NCBI GenBank assembly: GCA_964517065.1
Contig: CAZFBK010000001.1
Coordinates: forward strand, 41,734 to 105,733
Source of the DNA: an uncultured Gammaproteobacteria bacterium
Lineage (GTDB): Bacteria; Patescibacteriota; Patescibacteriia; UBA1558; 2-01-FULL-52-15
Length of the DNA: 64,000 bases
Reading direction: 5' to 3'
Shown: piece by piece, positions 1 through 8,903 of the stretch
Layout: every line of letters starts with the position of its first letter
Position numbering within the stretch: the stretch's first letter is position 1
Program-made: the position numbers and the translations under genes
Notes under the pieces: generated by a model
Databases searched by the model: none
The model's input: only the letters and a program-made list of their open reading frames with translations
Told to the model about the DNA's origin: nothing

Positions 1-187
1 TCATACTAAGCCAGCCCAGACCGATAGGATTGGGATATCTGACCGTATCGCTGCTGACAATGGCATTCCAAGACCATTTACGAATATTATCATCACTACC
101 GCCCCAGGCCAGTCTGCCCACAGCTAATAATCCTAGTCCAACGACGAGGCCTGAAATAATAACGATGGTAAATCTAAAATGTTTCAT
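1..187 (-). CDS. Partial (C-terminus off window) hypothetical secreted/membrane protein. N-terminus MKHFRFTIVIISGLVVGLGLLAVG. Fourth member or neighbour of the tandem secreted-protein array.
   Basis: Reverse-strand ATG at 185-187 overlapping the stop of the upstream gene (TGATG). Hydrophobic signal-like N-terminus. ORF continues to the window edge. Confidence 0.4.
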   Translation of the reverse strand, partial: MKHFRFTIVIISGLVVGLGLLAVGRLAWGGSDDNIRKWSWNAIVSSDTVRYPNPIGLGWLSM

Positions 188-1707
188 CAGCATCCTCCTC
201 CATTATTGCGGCAGGCAGTAATTATATTTTGCAAATCAGTACTGTTCAAGCGCGTACCGCCGATCGTGATACCAGTAGCGCTGACCGTAATCTCACCATC
301 AATCTGAACGCCGGTAATACTGTTTAATGTGATATTGCCACCAATACGCAAATCATTACCGATCTGCAGTTCATTATTGATTGTAGCAGTACTGAGTAAC
401 AATGTCCCCAAATAACCACCCGTAGCACGCGTCAGACCCGTTACCTGAAGCTGATAGTCAGGAGCTGTCACGCCGATACCGACATTAGTCCGAGCTGCAT
501 CCGAGACATTGCTGGCCTGATAGTAGACGGTTTGTCCGTTGAGAAGCCATTGACTGACTACGGGCACACCGGCCTGAGTCTGCCAGCCGCAATTATCTTT
601 ATCTTTGTCACAGAGCAATCGATCACCCCAGTAAAGAGAATCAGCCGATGGGATCATGCCAGCTGAAGTCGTAGCGGACTGTAAACTGTTGTGACGCAGA
701 CCAACTCCTGCGATCGGACCGAAATTGATATATTGATCAGTTGCTGTCTGGTTTTTCATACTATTGAAACGACCATGAATTTCTACCGGTGTGCCATTGG
801 CTGAGGCGGCCAAAATACCTGGGCCAGTACCACCATGCAGACCATAGATACCCGACCAGAGACTATTGGCTGACTTGGCTTCACCATAGAGCGCCACCGG
901 CGTACCGATATGACTACCGCCGCCGTTAGAAACAATCACCGCTGGAGCCTGACCGGTCTGAGTGGCAGCCGGTGTGCTGGTGCTGTAGCTGGCCACGACA
1001 TTGATAATTCTGTTGCCATTCATATTCAAATTCATACCAGCAGTATGCGGCTTGATGAGACCCAAATTATCCGCCACGAAAGAGCCAGTCAACGCAAAAC
1101 CACAATTTGGCAGCGTATTATCGCATAGAAGCGATGAGCCATAATACAGTGATCTAGTAGCAGCTTGGCTGGCAGCAGTTGTGCCCAGTACATTACCCTG
1201 TGTCGCTAGAGCATTCTGACCAAGTTGCAATTGCGGATTCTGCGTACCTTGTCCCTCAAGTACCAGCGTGTCATAGAGCTGGGCGCTGATCGCACCGGTG
1301 CTATTGGTCACGAGACCGTAGCCGTTCGTACCGCCCGTACCACGGTTAAAAGCTCCAACAGTAGCTCTACCAGAGCCAACGTCAGTAGAGCTCTCAGCAT
1401 ACAAACCAAGCTGAGTACTATCTATATCTAGACCAAGTCCTGCTCCTGTGGCTGCAGCGCTTAAGCTTGGGCTGGTACCGCCGGACTTAGTGCCGATACC
1501 CATGATCGGCCAACCATTCATATTGAGATTAAACTGCGCCTGATGATTACCAAGATTATCTCCGGCCAAGGTAGTAATATTCGGAATCTGACTTTTCGGC
1601 GGGGCGAAGCTCGGATCGGTCCAGGTCTGAGCACTGATCCATTGAGCCAAGCCAAAACAAGCTATGAGACTGAGCGTGCTGATGATGGGGAAACGATAGC
1701 TTGTCAT
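187..1707 (-). CDS. Secreted repeat protein, paralog 1. Signal peptide. Repeated LYWG-x2-LLCD-x4-NCGW and DNLGNHxAxFNLNMNGxxI modules.
   Basis: 506-aa ORF. N-terminal signal peptide MTSYRFPIISTLSLIACFGLAQWISAQ. The two motifs occur twice within the protein and again in the two downstream paralogs. Confidence 0.7.
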   Translation of the reverse strand: MTSYRFPIISTLSLIACFGLAQWISAQTWTDPSFAPPKSQIPNITTLAGDNLGNHQAQFNLNMNGWPIMGIGTKSGGTSPSLSAAATGAGLGLDIDSTQLGLYAESSTDVGSGRATVGAFNRGTGGTNGYGLVTNSTGAISAQLYDTLVLEGQGTQNPQLQLGQNALATQGNVLGTTAASQAATRSLYYGSSLLCDNTLPNCGFALTGSFVADNLGLIKPHTAGMNLNMNGNRIINVVASYSTSTPAATQTGQAPAVIVSNGGGSHIGTPVALYGEAKSANSLWSGIYGLHGGTGPGILAASANGTPVEIHGRFNSMKNQTATDQYINFGPIAGVGLRHNSLQSATTSAGMIPSADSLYWGDRLLCDKDKDNCGWQTQAGVPVVSQWLLNGQTVYYQASNVSDAARTNVGIGVTAPDYQLQVTGLTRATGGYLGTLLLSTATINNELQIGNDLRIGGNITLNSITGVQIDGEITVSATGITIGGTRLNSTDLQNIITACRNNGGGC

Positions 1708-1708
1708 A

Positions 1709-4138
1709 TTAACTGTTGGACCAAGTGATTAATGTTTGCAATAGGCCTCTATCTAACTTCACACCTCCAATATTGATGATGCCAACGCCGGAATTCAGAG
1801 TACCTACGGTCAAAGTAACATCGCCGCGAACGGAAAGACCGCTACGAAGATATATATTGCCGTTATTAGTCATGTCACTAGAAACAACCACTGAGTCCGT
1901 TAGGGCATATCCAAGATTTAAATTTTGAAATGATGCCGCAGAAGATAAAGGACCAAAAACAAAGAGATCGTCGTTACCGTTACCACTAGCATCATCATTA
2001 TATGCATATCCATACGGTCCTCTAATTGCTAAACTATAAAGTCCATAATTACCGAAATCCTTACCCACGACCAAAGCCATATTTGCCGGATTATTAATGT
2101 CAATAATATCTAGGTCATGGAATGTCCCATTTCCAGTATTTCCTGAGGCTGTCGCATGTGTGATATAAGCATACCGACCAACCAAATAGATACTGGAAAT
2201 ATGGGTCCCCGAGAGTAACTCGGTCACATCGACAGAGTCGAGCTGAGTTGGACTTGAAGGATTTGAGGCATCCCAAGACTGTATCTTGGCGGAACTTGGG
2301 CTAAATATACTACAACCGATAAACAAAATGTTGCCACGAACAGCTATTGTATCGGTTGCTAAACCACCACATTTATTGGATTTCGACATTAGAAGCGGCA
2401 AAGCGGGGTTACTCAAACTCACAATACCATCAAGTGAGTACAAATAGTCTCCTTCGATTACCATATCAGCCGTATTTATCGTTGTGATGGACTCATCAAC
2501 TAAGACAGGTACTGCTGGATTTGTAATATTTACAACTGAAAGCTTCGATCCTCCGATATACGCATATTGCCCTTTAACAATAACTCTAATAGTCCGGCTA
2601 TTATTTACTAAATTGAATGATGTTACAATAGTAGAATTTTGAATATCTACAATGATAAGTGACGTATCAGACCCGAAGCCACTAGTGCCATGCGCAATAT
2701 AAGCGTAAGAACCGACTACATCAATGGAGGCTGTATCTGTATCAAAAGTTGCTGGGCTCAAATTGATTGATCTTACAAACGAGGGCACTCGCGGATTAGC
2801 AAGATTATATATATTAATACCTTCTTTTGTTAGAACATACAGCACTCCATCTTCGATATCTGTCATATCACTACCAAATGAATATTGTCCGCCTCCATCA
2901 CCGCCAGCTACACCTAATGAGATGTTCTGTGTCGATAAATTAAAGTCAAAAGGACTTAAAACTTCTAACTTTGCTTGCTGACCAATACCGCCAATACTCG
3001 TAATCCTGTCGTTAAATAGATTACCGCCGATCAGAGTCCAGAGACTTGGCGTACCGGCAACGGCGCTCCAGCCACAATTTGATTTACTGCTATCGCACAA
3101 CAGCTTATCACCCCAATAGAGATTCTGATCTGCTGCTGAGATCGGCGTCAGAGCCAAACTAGCATTGTGAACCGGTTTACCGAACGTCAATTGAGGTAAA
3201 GTTGTACTAGCTGCTTCTGTCAGGAGCTTCATCCGGCCATAGAGCGAGATACCAGGTCCAAAGATCGACTGACCAGTGACACCATAGCCTGTCCCGCTGT
3301 TGTAGCCCGAGGCAGCCACGGCCGGAGCAGCGATAGTATTGATCGCCACGATGCCGTTGACATTTTGCGAGACAGCGCTCAAGCCAGGACCAAAGTTGGA
3401 AGCACCGATACCGACATGAGTGAGCTGCAGGCTGCTGGTCGCCAGGACAGTCCCTATTTTATTTTGCAGGTTGATCAAGCTATGCTGCATCATGTTGAGG
3501 TTGAACTGAGCAGTATGATTACCGAGATTATCACCGAGTGAAGCTTTGACCCGACCACAATCAGCCTGACCCATATCGCACAATGGCATCATGCCCCAAT
3601 ACAAGCTACCGGCAGCAGCCGATCCAGCGCTAGCGGTACTGAGATAGTTGGTACTACCGGTGCCCCATTGGACTCGAGCCGGTATACCGATACTGCTGGT
3701 CGCCAATTGTAGCGCTTGGCCAAATTGCGCTGCCCATCCTCGCGTAGAACTTGCCATCAGCGCGTAGCCAGTACCAAGATTGCGCGCGAGGACAGCAGGC
3801 TGATCATTGGCCTGAGATTGTACTTCGGTACCGAAATTATTACTAGCGGTGATCAACGCGGCGATTGTTGAGTTGGAGGAAGTGGCTGTCAGAGCCCGAT
3901 CCGTACCATGATTATTCACGCCATAGAGACGATGACCTGTCAGATTCAAATCCATCCTGGCCTGATGATCACCCAGACCATCGTAGCCGCCAGCACTCAA
4001 GACATCGATGTCGCCGTTATTCGGTGGCGTAGCTGTCGGATTGATCCAAGTCGTAGCCATAGTCAAACCAATACCGCCAAACACGGTCAGGATACTGCTG
4101 ATGATATATGTTAATGCTTTGACGTGTTTCATGGACAA
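1709..4138 (-). CDS. Secreted repeat protein, paralog 2, with the same Cys-motif modules plus LVIVD-type beta-propeller repeats in the C-terminal half.
   Basis: 809-aa ORF. Signal/TM N-terminus. Motifs LYWGMMPLCDMGQADCG, LYWGDKLLCDSSKSNCGW, DNLGNHTAQFNLNM. C-terminal repeats of the form YAYIA..G..IVDI.N (LVIVD-like). Confidence 0.7.
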   Translation of the reverse strand: MSMKHVKALTYIISSILTVFGGIGLTMATTWINPTATPPNNGDIDVLSAGGYDGLGDHQARMDLNLTGHRLYGVNNHGTDRALTATSSNSTIAALITASNNFGTEVQSQANDQPAVLARNLGTGYALMASSTRGWAAQFGQALQLATSSIGIPARVQWGTGSTNYLSTASAGSAAAGSLYWGMMPLCDMGQADCGRVKASLGDNLGNHTAQFNLNMMQHSLINLQNKIGTVLATSSLQLTHVGIGASNFGPGLSAVSQNVNGIVAINTIAAPAVAASGYNSGTGYGVTGQSIFGPGISLYGRMKLLTEAASTTLPQLTFGKPVHNASLALTPISAADQNLYWGDKLLCDSSKSNCGWSAVAGTPSLWTLIGGNLFNDRITSIGGIGQQAKLEVLSPFDFNLSTQNISLGVAGGDGGGQYSFGSDMTDIEDGVLYVLTKEGINIYNLANPRVPSFVRSINLSPATFDTDTASIDVVGSYAYIAHGTSGFGSDTSLIIVDIQNSTIVTSFNLVNNSRTIRVIVKGQYAYIGGSKLSVVNITNPAVPVLVDESITTINTADMVIEGDYLYSLDGIVSLSNPALPLLMSKSNKCGGLATDTIAVRGNILFIGCSIFSPSSAKIQSWDASNPSSPTQLDSVDVTELLSGTHISSIYLVGRYAYITHATASGNTGNGTFHDLDIIDINNPANMALVVGKDFGNYGLYSLAIRGPYGYAYNDDASGNGNDDLFVFGPLSSAASFQNLNLGYALTDSVVVSSDMTNNGNIYLRSGLSVRGDVTLTVGTLNSGVGIINIGGVKLDRGLLQTLITWSNS

Positions 4139-6597
4139 GGGTTAGTGGCTACTGAACGGCACTTAGTGAAAATTTTATCAAGCGCAGTTTTGTCCAGCGC
4201 CAAATCCTGTAGTTGCAATCCGCTGGCGTTCAGATCCACGCTCCCCATCACCGTCAGTCCACGGACACCGACGCCGATTGATTTGGCGGTGACATTGCCG
4301 GCGATATCCATATTACCAAGCACTGACAGTGTGTCGAAGGTACCGTTAGTAGCAACAGCGGAGCTCACTTGGAGACCTTGATTGTTACGTATTGATAATT
4401 GATTATTAGTGCGATCGGCCAGATAGAGCCAGCGACCAGCTATAGCTAATTTGCCGGCATCTCCAGCATCATAGGGATTAATCGTATTATTGATTCTATA
4501 CATACCAGTATTTGCAGGATCATTAATATTAAAAATCTGCAGCCCATCAGACAAAACATAAGCATAGTCATCTATCACCTGCAGGCCGTATGCCGGCGTA
4601 TTAAAATCATCAGAGAATCTTCCTGCAGCAACTCCGTCACTTAGATTAAATACATACAAACTATCTCCCGCTCCATAGATATATGAACCTCGAATCACAA
4701 CCGATGATAGCGTCGACGGAGTTGAGAGACGAGGAGCTGGACTCGGCTGACTCGGGTCAAGCAGATCAGACAGCCTGTAAACTTTCAGACCAAATAATGT
4801 ATCAGCGATCGCCACGTCATTACCCAAGATTGACAAACCTCGTGGCTGATCCAGATTAGCACTCGAGTTCATGGTTTTCTTAACGACAGGAGCGCTTGGT
4901 TTAGTAATATCGATGACCTGTAGACCTCCTCCACCAACAGTCAGATCATACAACAAAATAGCGTAGTGTCCGACAACCTGCACATCGGTAGCATAGAGAC
5001 TAGCACTGACGCCGGCCAAGGCTGCAGATGAACCGACTGGTGTCGGAAGACTAGGATTATAAATATCCACGACCCGCAGACCTATAGTTGTAGCTAGGTA
5101 AGCATAACGACCACTCACGGTCAGTCCCCAAGTCGGACTTGGTATTGCAACTCGACCAATCGAAACCGGCGCACCAGCGACACTGATATTATAAATTTGC
5201 AAACTATTACTGGTAGCCACATAGGCTGTGCTATCACGGACAACCACCGCATTCACGGTGCCACTTGTCGGAGTGATATCACTCAGATTATAGCGGCTAC
5301 TCGGCTCACCAGAGACATAGCTATGGCCGATATCAAGCTTGGTAGCGACACTCGTATCTGCTGCGCGTCCTATCAGCACACCTTTCGTACTATCCACACC
5401 ACTCGGATCAGCTGGATAATGAATACCCTTGGGATTATCTTCCCATTTCCCAGGCGTACCTGACCCTTGAGCCCAGCCACAGTTCACTTTACTAGCGTCA
5501 CACAGCAAAGCATTACCCCAATACAAATTTGACGTTGGGTTACCAGCCAGAGCCGAGACGTTAAGATTATTTTTGCTGTCAGGTCCGAACTGAATCTGAG
5601 CTTTGACGCTGGTAGTACCGTTATAATTCATAATCTCCAGAGGACCATAGGACCGTCCACCGTTGCCCAGCGTTGATGCTCCCAGCAAGGCCAGACCAGT
5701 TTTGGTACTGGTAGCATAGAGACCGGCGTGAGCAGATGTCCCGGCTGTTGATTGGGTGAAAATACCATGCTGATCAGCAGAAATAGCACTAATGGTGGTA
5801 CTAGCTAGTGTACCAGTGGCGATAATTGCAGCATCAGCGCCATTTAGTGAATTAGATCCGATATTAAAAATAGTTTTACCACTCATATTCAGCGTCTGTG
5901 TAGCGATATGATTACCCAGACCATCACCCGCAGCTCCCGCCAAAATCCAACCACAATTCGGCAAAGTCACATCACACAGGAGATTGCTACCCCAATACAG
6001 ATTATTTTCAGCGTTATTTGTTTGAGCGTTGGCTGACAGTAGATTATTGAGATTATTACCAAAAATTAAACCTGAGCTGACGTTGGTCAACCCAAATAAT
6101 TGGGCACTCAGGTGGGAGGCTGAGTCAGCGATCAGACTAGGATACCCCTGACCGTTACCCGTATGCAGTCCACTATATGCCGAATTATTAGACAGCGTGA
6201 CACTTTTCAAAGCAAAAAAATCTGTGGCCCCCAGAGAAACCCCCATCTTATCACTACTGACCTGGAGTGCGGGATCTGCCCCCGAATCTCCAATGCCATA
6301 GATGCGATATCCGGGATTCGTATCAGGGCTCAATCGCAAAAGTTTCCCCGCTTCATGAGGATTGTTCAAACCAAGGTTATCACCACTGCCTGATTGAATA
6401 GTCTGGACGGTGGTGTTGTCCGGCGGTGGACTGGGAGACATAATCCAGGTTTGCGCGCTGACAACTACCCAGCTACCGACGATAGTGATACTGACAGAAA
6501 AAACAATGAGTGCGATAAATCCAGCACCAGATTCACTGGAAGTCTGACGTTGAAAAAAAACTTTGCAAATAGCTTGAATCTTTTTAATTATAGACAT
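4129..6597 (-). CDS. Secreted repeat protein, paralog 3, with Cys-motif modules plus LVIVD-type beta-propeller repeats.
   Basis: 822-aa ORF. Motifs LYWGSNLLCDVTLPNCGW, LYWGNALLCDASKVNCGW, GDGLGNHIATQTLNM. Repeats YAYLAT..GLRVVDIYNPSLP, LQVIDITKPSAP, YAYVLSDGLQIFNINDP. 10-bp overlap with the upstream gene. Confidence 0.7.
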   Translation of the reverse strand: MSIIKKIQAICKVFFQRQTSSESGAGFIALIVFSVSITIVGSWVVVSAQTWIMSPSPPPDNTTVQTIQSGSGDNLGLNNPHEAGKLLRLSPDTNPGYRIYGIGDSGADPALQVSSDKMGVSLGATDFFALKSVTLSNNSAYSGLHTGNGQGYPSLIADSASHLSAQLFGLTNVSSGLIFGNNLNNLLSANAQTNNAENNLYWGSNLLCDVTLPNCGWILAGAAGDGLGNHIATQTLNMSGKTIFNIGSNSLNGADAAIIATGTLASTTISAISADQHGIFTQSTAGTSAHAGLYATSTKTGLALLGASTLGNGGRSYGPLEIMNYNGTTSVKAQIQFGPDSKNNLNVSALAGNPTSNLYWGNALLCDASKVNCGWAQGSGTPGKWEDNPKGIHYPADPSGVDSTKGVLIGRAADTSVATKLDIGHSYVSGEPSSRYNLSDITPTSGTVNAVVVRDSTAYVATSNSLQIYNISVAGAPVSIGRVAIPSPTWGLTVSGRYAYLATTIGLRVVDIYNPSLPTPVGSSAALAGVSASLYATDVQVVGHYAILLYDLTVGGGGLQVIDITKPSAPVVKKTMNSSANLDQPRGLSILGNDVAIADTLFGLKVYRLSDLLDPSQPSPAPRLSTPSTLSSVVIRGSYIYGAGDSLYVFNLSDGVAAGRFSDDFNTPAYGLQVIDDYAYVLSDGLQIFNINDPANTGMYRINNTINPYDAGDAGKLAIAGRWLYLADRTNNQLSIRNNQGLQVSSAVATNGTFDTLSVLGNMDIAGNVTAKSIGVGVRGLTVMGSVDLNASGLQLQDLALDKTALDKIFTKCRSVATNPCP

Positions 6598-6716
6598 AGC
6601 TTACGTGTGAAACTGGTGCTGGATAAAACGTCGCAGAGATAAAAATCAAATAAAATATACTTCTATATTTTACCATAAAATTGACTGAATAACCAAGTAT
6701 CAACTATAATGAACTC

Positions 6717-7193
6717 ATGAATTCATCTCACAAAAAAATCATTCTCTGGAGCTTAGCTGTCATTGTCATACTGATCAGCCTTGTCACCGTCTACCTAAGA
6801 CAAAAAAAAGCCTCCACTCCACCGGCTCATCCACCTATTGATGAACAGCTAAAAAGCATCGGACAACTACAACCTTTAGAACCAAATGAAATTTTCGCGA
6901 CGACAGGACAGATCAAGCAGATCTCTGGTGATCGCACCACACTCCTTGTAGCGACGACCCGAGGTGATAAGACGGTAACACTGTCATCAAATACTATCCT
7001 GCAACGAGAAACGAATAATGGTAGACCATCTAGCCCTCCTCCGGCACTTTCAGACCGTGACACCCCACCTCAGACCACACAGACTGTCTCTACCAAGGAT
7101 CTACAGGTCGGCCAAGGTATCAAAGTCGAGAGCTTGACGAATATCAGCGGTTTAAGTACATTTACGGTTAATAAGCTAACTATTATTTACTAA
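6717..7193 (+). CDS. Hypothetical membrane-anchored protein
   Basis: 158-aa ORF with an N-terminal TM segment (ILWSLAVIVILISLVTVYL) and a Pro/Thr-rich region. Confidence 0.45.
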   Translation: MNSSHKKIILWSLAVIVILISLVTVYLRQKKASTPPAHPPIDEQLKSIGQLQPLEPNEIFATTGQIKQISGDRTTLLVATTRGDKTVTLSSNTILQRETNNGRPSSPPPALSDRDTPPQTTQTVSTKDLQVGQGIKVESLTNISGLSTFTVNKLTIIY

Positions 7194-7197
7194 TTCT

Positions 7198-7752
7198 ATG
7201 ACTATCCCTTATATCATCGTTGGCCTAATCGTTTTGGTCCTTTTATGGCTCATAATGACCTATAATGGCCTGATTCAGAAGAAAAACCAGGTACACGAAG
7301 GCTGGTCCGACATCGATGTCCAGCTCAAACGTCGCTATGACCTGATCCCAAATCTAGTACAAGCAGTCAAAGGCTACATGGGTCATGAAGAGGGTGTGCT
7401 CACCAAAGTAACTGAAGCACGCAACATGGCCATGAAAGCTGACAGCGCCGGAGCCAAATCTGATGCAGAGAATGCCTTATCCGGCACACTGAAAACTCTC
7501 TTCGCGGTGGCTGAGCAATATCCAGACCTCAAAGCCTCGACTAACTTCGCTCAGCTACAGGATGAACTATCTGACACTGAGAACAAAATTCAGGCAGCGC
7601 GTCGCTTCTATAACGGTCAGGTGCGCGACTTCAACACCGCTATTCAGGTCTTCCCTACCTCTCTCTTCGCCTCAATGTTCCAGATGAAATCCTTCGATTT
7701 CTTTGGACTAGCGAATGAAACTGAACGTGAGAACGTCAAGGTACAGTTTTAG
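7198..7752 (+). CDS. lemA: LemA family protein
   Basis: N-terminal TM, then the characteristic LemA sequence (NGLIQKKNQVHEGWSDIDVQLKRRYDLIPNLV...). Adjacent to an HtpX-like protease, which is the usual pairing. Confidence 0.85.
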   Translation: MTIPYIIVGLIVLVLLWLIMTYNGLIQKKNQVHEGWSDIDVQLKRRYDLIPNLVQAVKGYMGHEEGVLTKVTEARNMAMKADSAGAKSDAENALSGTLKTLFAVAEQYPDLKASTNFAQLQDELSDTENKIQAARRFYNGQVRDFNTAIQVFPTSLFASMFQMKSFDFFGLANETERENVKVQF

Positions 7753-7845
7753 CAGAAGCAAGGGATCCTATCTCCAAGGTTTCAGTTAGACTATCACCGA
7801 GGTCTGCCCTTACTACCTACTTCTTACTACTTACTACAATCTATA

Positions 7846-8754
7846 ATGTATAACCAAATCGCCGCTAATAAGCGTCAAAGTTTTTTCTTAATGATTCTCT
7901 TCGCTGCTGTGGTCATCGGCTTGGCTTATTTTTTCAGCTGGTATCTGCAGTCTGGCTATGGTCTCGTTGTAGCAGCTGTTGGTTTCTCACTGGTGAGCTC
8001 ACTGATCAGCTTTTACGCCAGTGACAAAATTGCACTTGGCATTGCAGGAGCAAAAGCTATCCAACAGCAGGACAACCCGTATGTCTATCGTTTGGTGGAA
8101 AATCTGGCCATCACCGCCGGCATTCCTGCGCCCAAAATCTACCTGATCCCTGATACAGCTTTGAATGCGTTTGCCACGGGACGTGATCCGCGCCACGCCT
8201 CTATTGCGCTGACGACTGGTATCGTGGAGGCTCTGAAAAACGAAGAGCTCGAAGGCGTCATCGCTCATGAACTATCGCATATCAAAAACTTCGATACGCG
8301 ACTGATGACCGTCGCCATCATCTGCGTCGGTATCGTCACATTATTGGCCAACATCATGAGCAGAAACATGATGTGGGGCGGACGGCGCCGATCCAATAAT
8401 GATAACTCGCTCGGTGGGGTTTTGATCATTGTCGGTATCATTCTGGGAATCCTCGCTCCTCTCTTTGCCAAACTACTACAACTAGCAGTCTCACGTCAGC
8501 GAGAATATCTAGCTGACGCTTCCGGTGTGCTCCTCACGAGATATCCTGAAGGCTTGGCGAGTGCTTTGGAAAAAATCAGTCACAGCGAACCTATTCAACA
8601 TAATAATCAAGCCACCGCTCATCTGTATATTTCTGAACCAACTGGAGAGCCATTACCAACAGAAGGCAGCAAAAAATCGCGTGGTTTTTCCAGCTTATTC
8701 TCCACTCACCCTCCTATTGCTGATCGCATCAAACGGTTACGAACGATGGGCTAA
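7846..8754 (+). CDS. htpX: Zinc metalloprotease HtpX-like (peptidase M48)
   Basis: HExxH motif HELSHIKNFD. Multiple TM helices. M48 architecture. Confidence 0.85.
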   Translation: MYNQIAANKRQSFFLMILFAAVVIGLAYFFSWYLQSGYGLVVAAVGFSLVSSLISFYASDKIALGIAGAKAIQQQDNPYVYRLVENLAITAGIPAPKIYLIPDTALNAFATGRDPRHASIALTTGIVEALKNEELEGVIAHELSHIKNFDTRLMTVAIICVGIVTLLANIMSRNMMWGGRRRSNNDNSLGGVLIIVGIILGILAPLFAKLLQLAVSRQREYLADASGVLLTRYPEGLASALEKISHSEPIQHNNQATAHLYISEPTGEPLPTEGSKKSRGFSSLFSTHPPIADRIKRLRTMG

Positions 8755-8903
8755 GTAATAAAGTAAAAATCAAAATGCAAAAATAAAGAGCAAAAATAAT
8801 AAATCTATTCGCGAGACCTTTTTTAATTTTAATTTAAAATTTTTGCATTTTGCAATTTGATTTAGTCTTGACCGAACACATTTTTTCTGATTAAAATAAA
8901 CTC

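Noticed and set aside
30-221. 63-aa plus-strand ORF at the window start
   Set aside because: It lies antisense to two overlapping minus-strand genes that have clear signal peptides and family motifs. It has no motif of its own.
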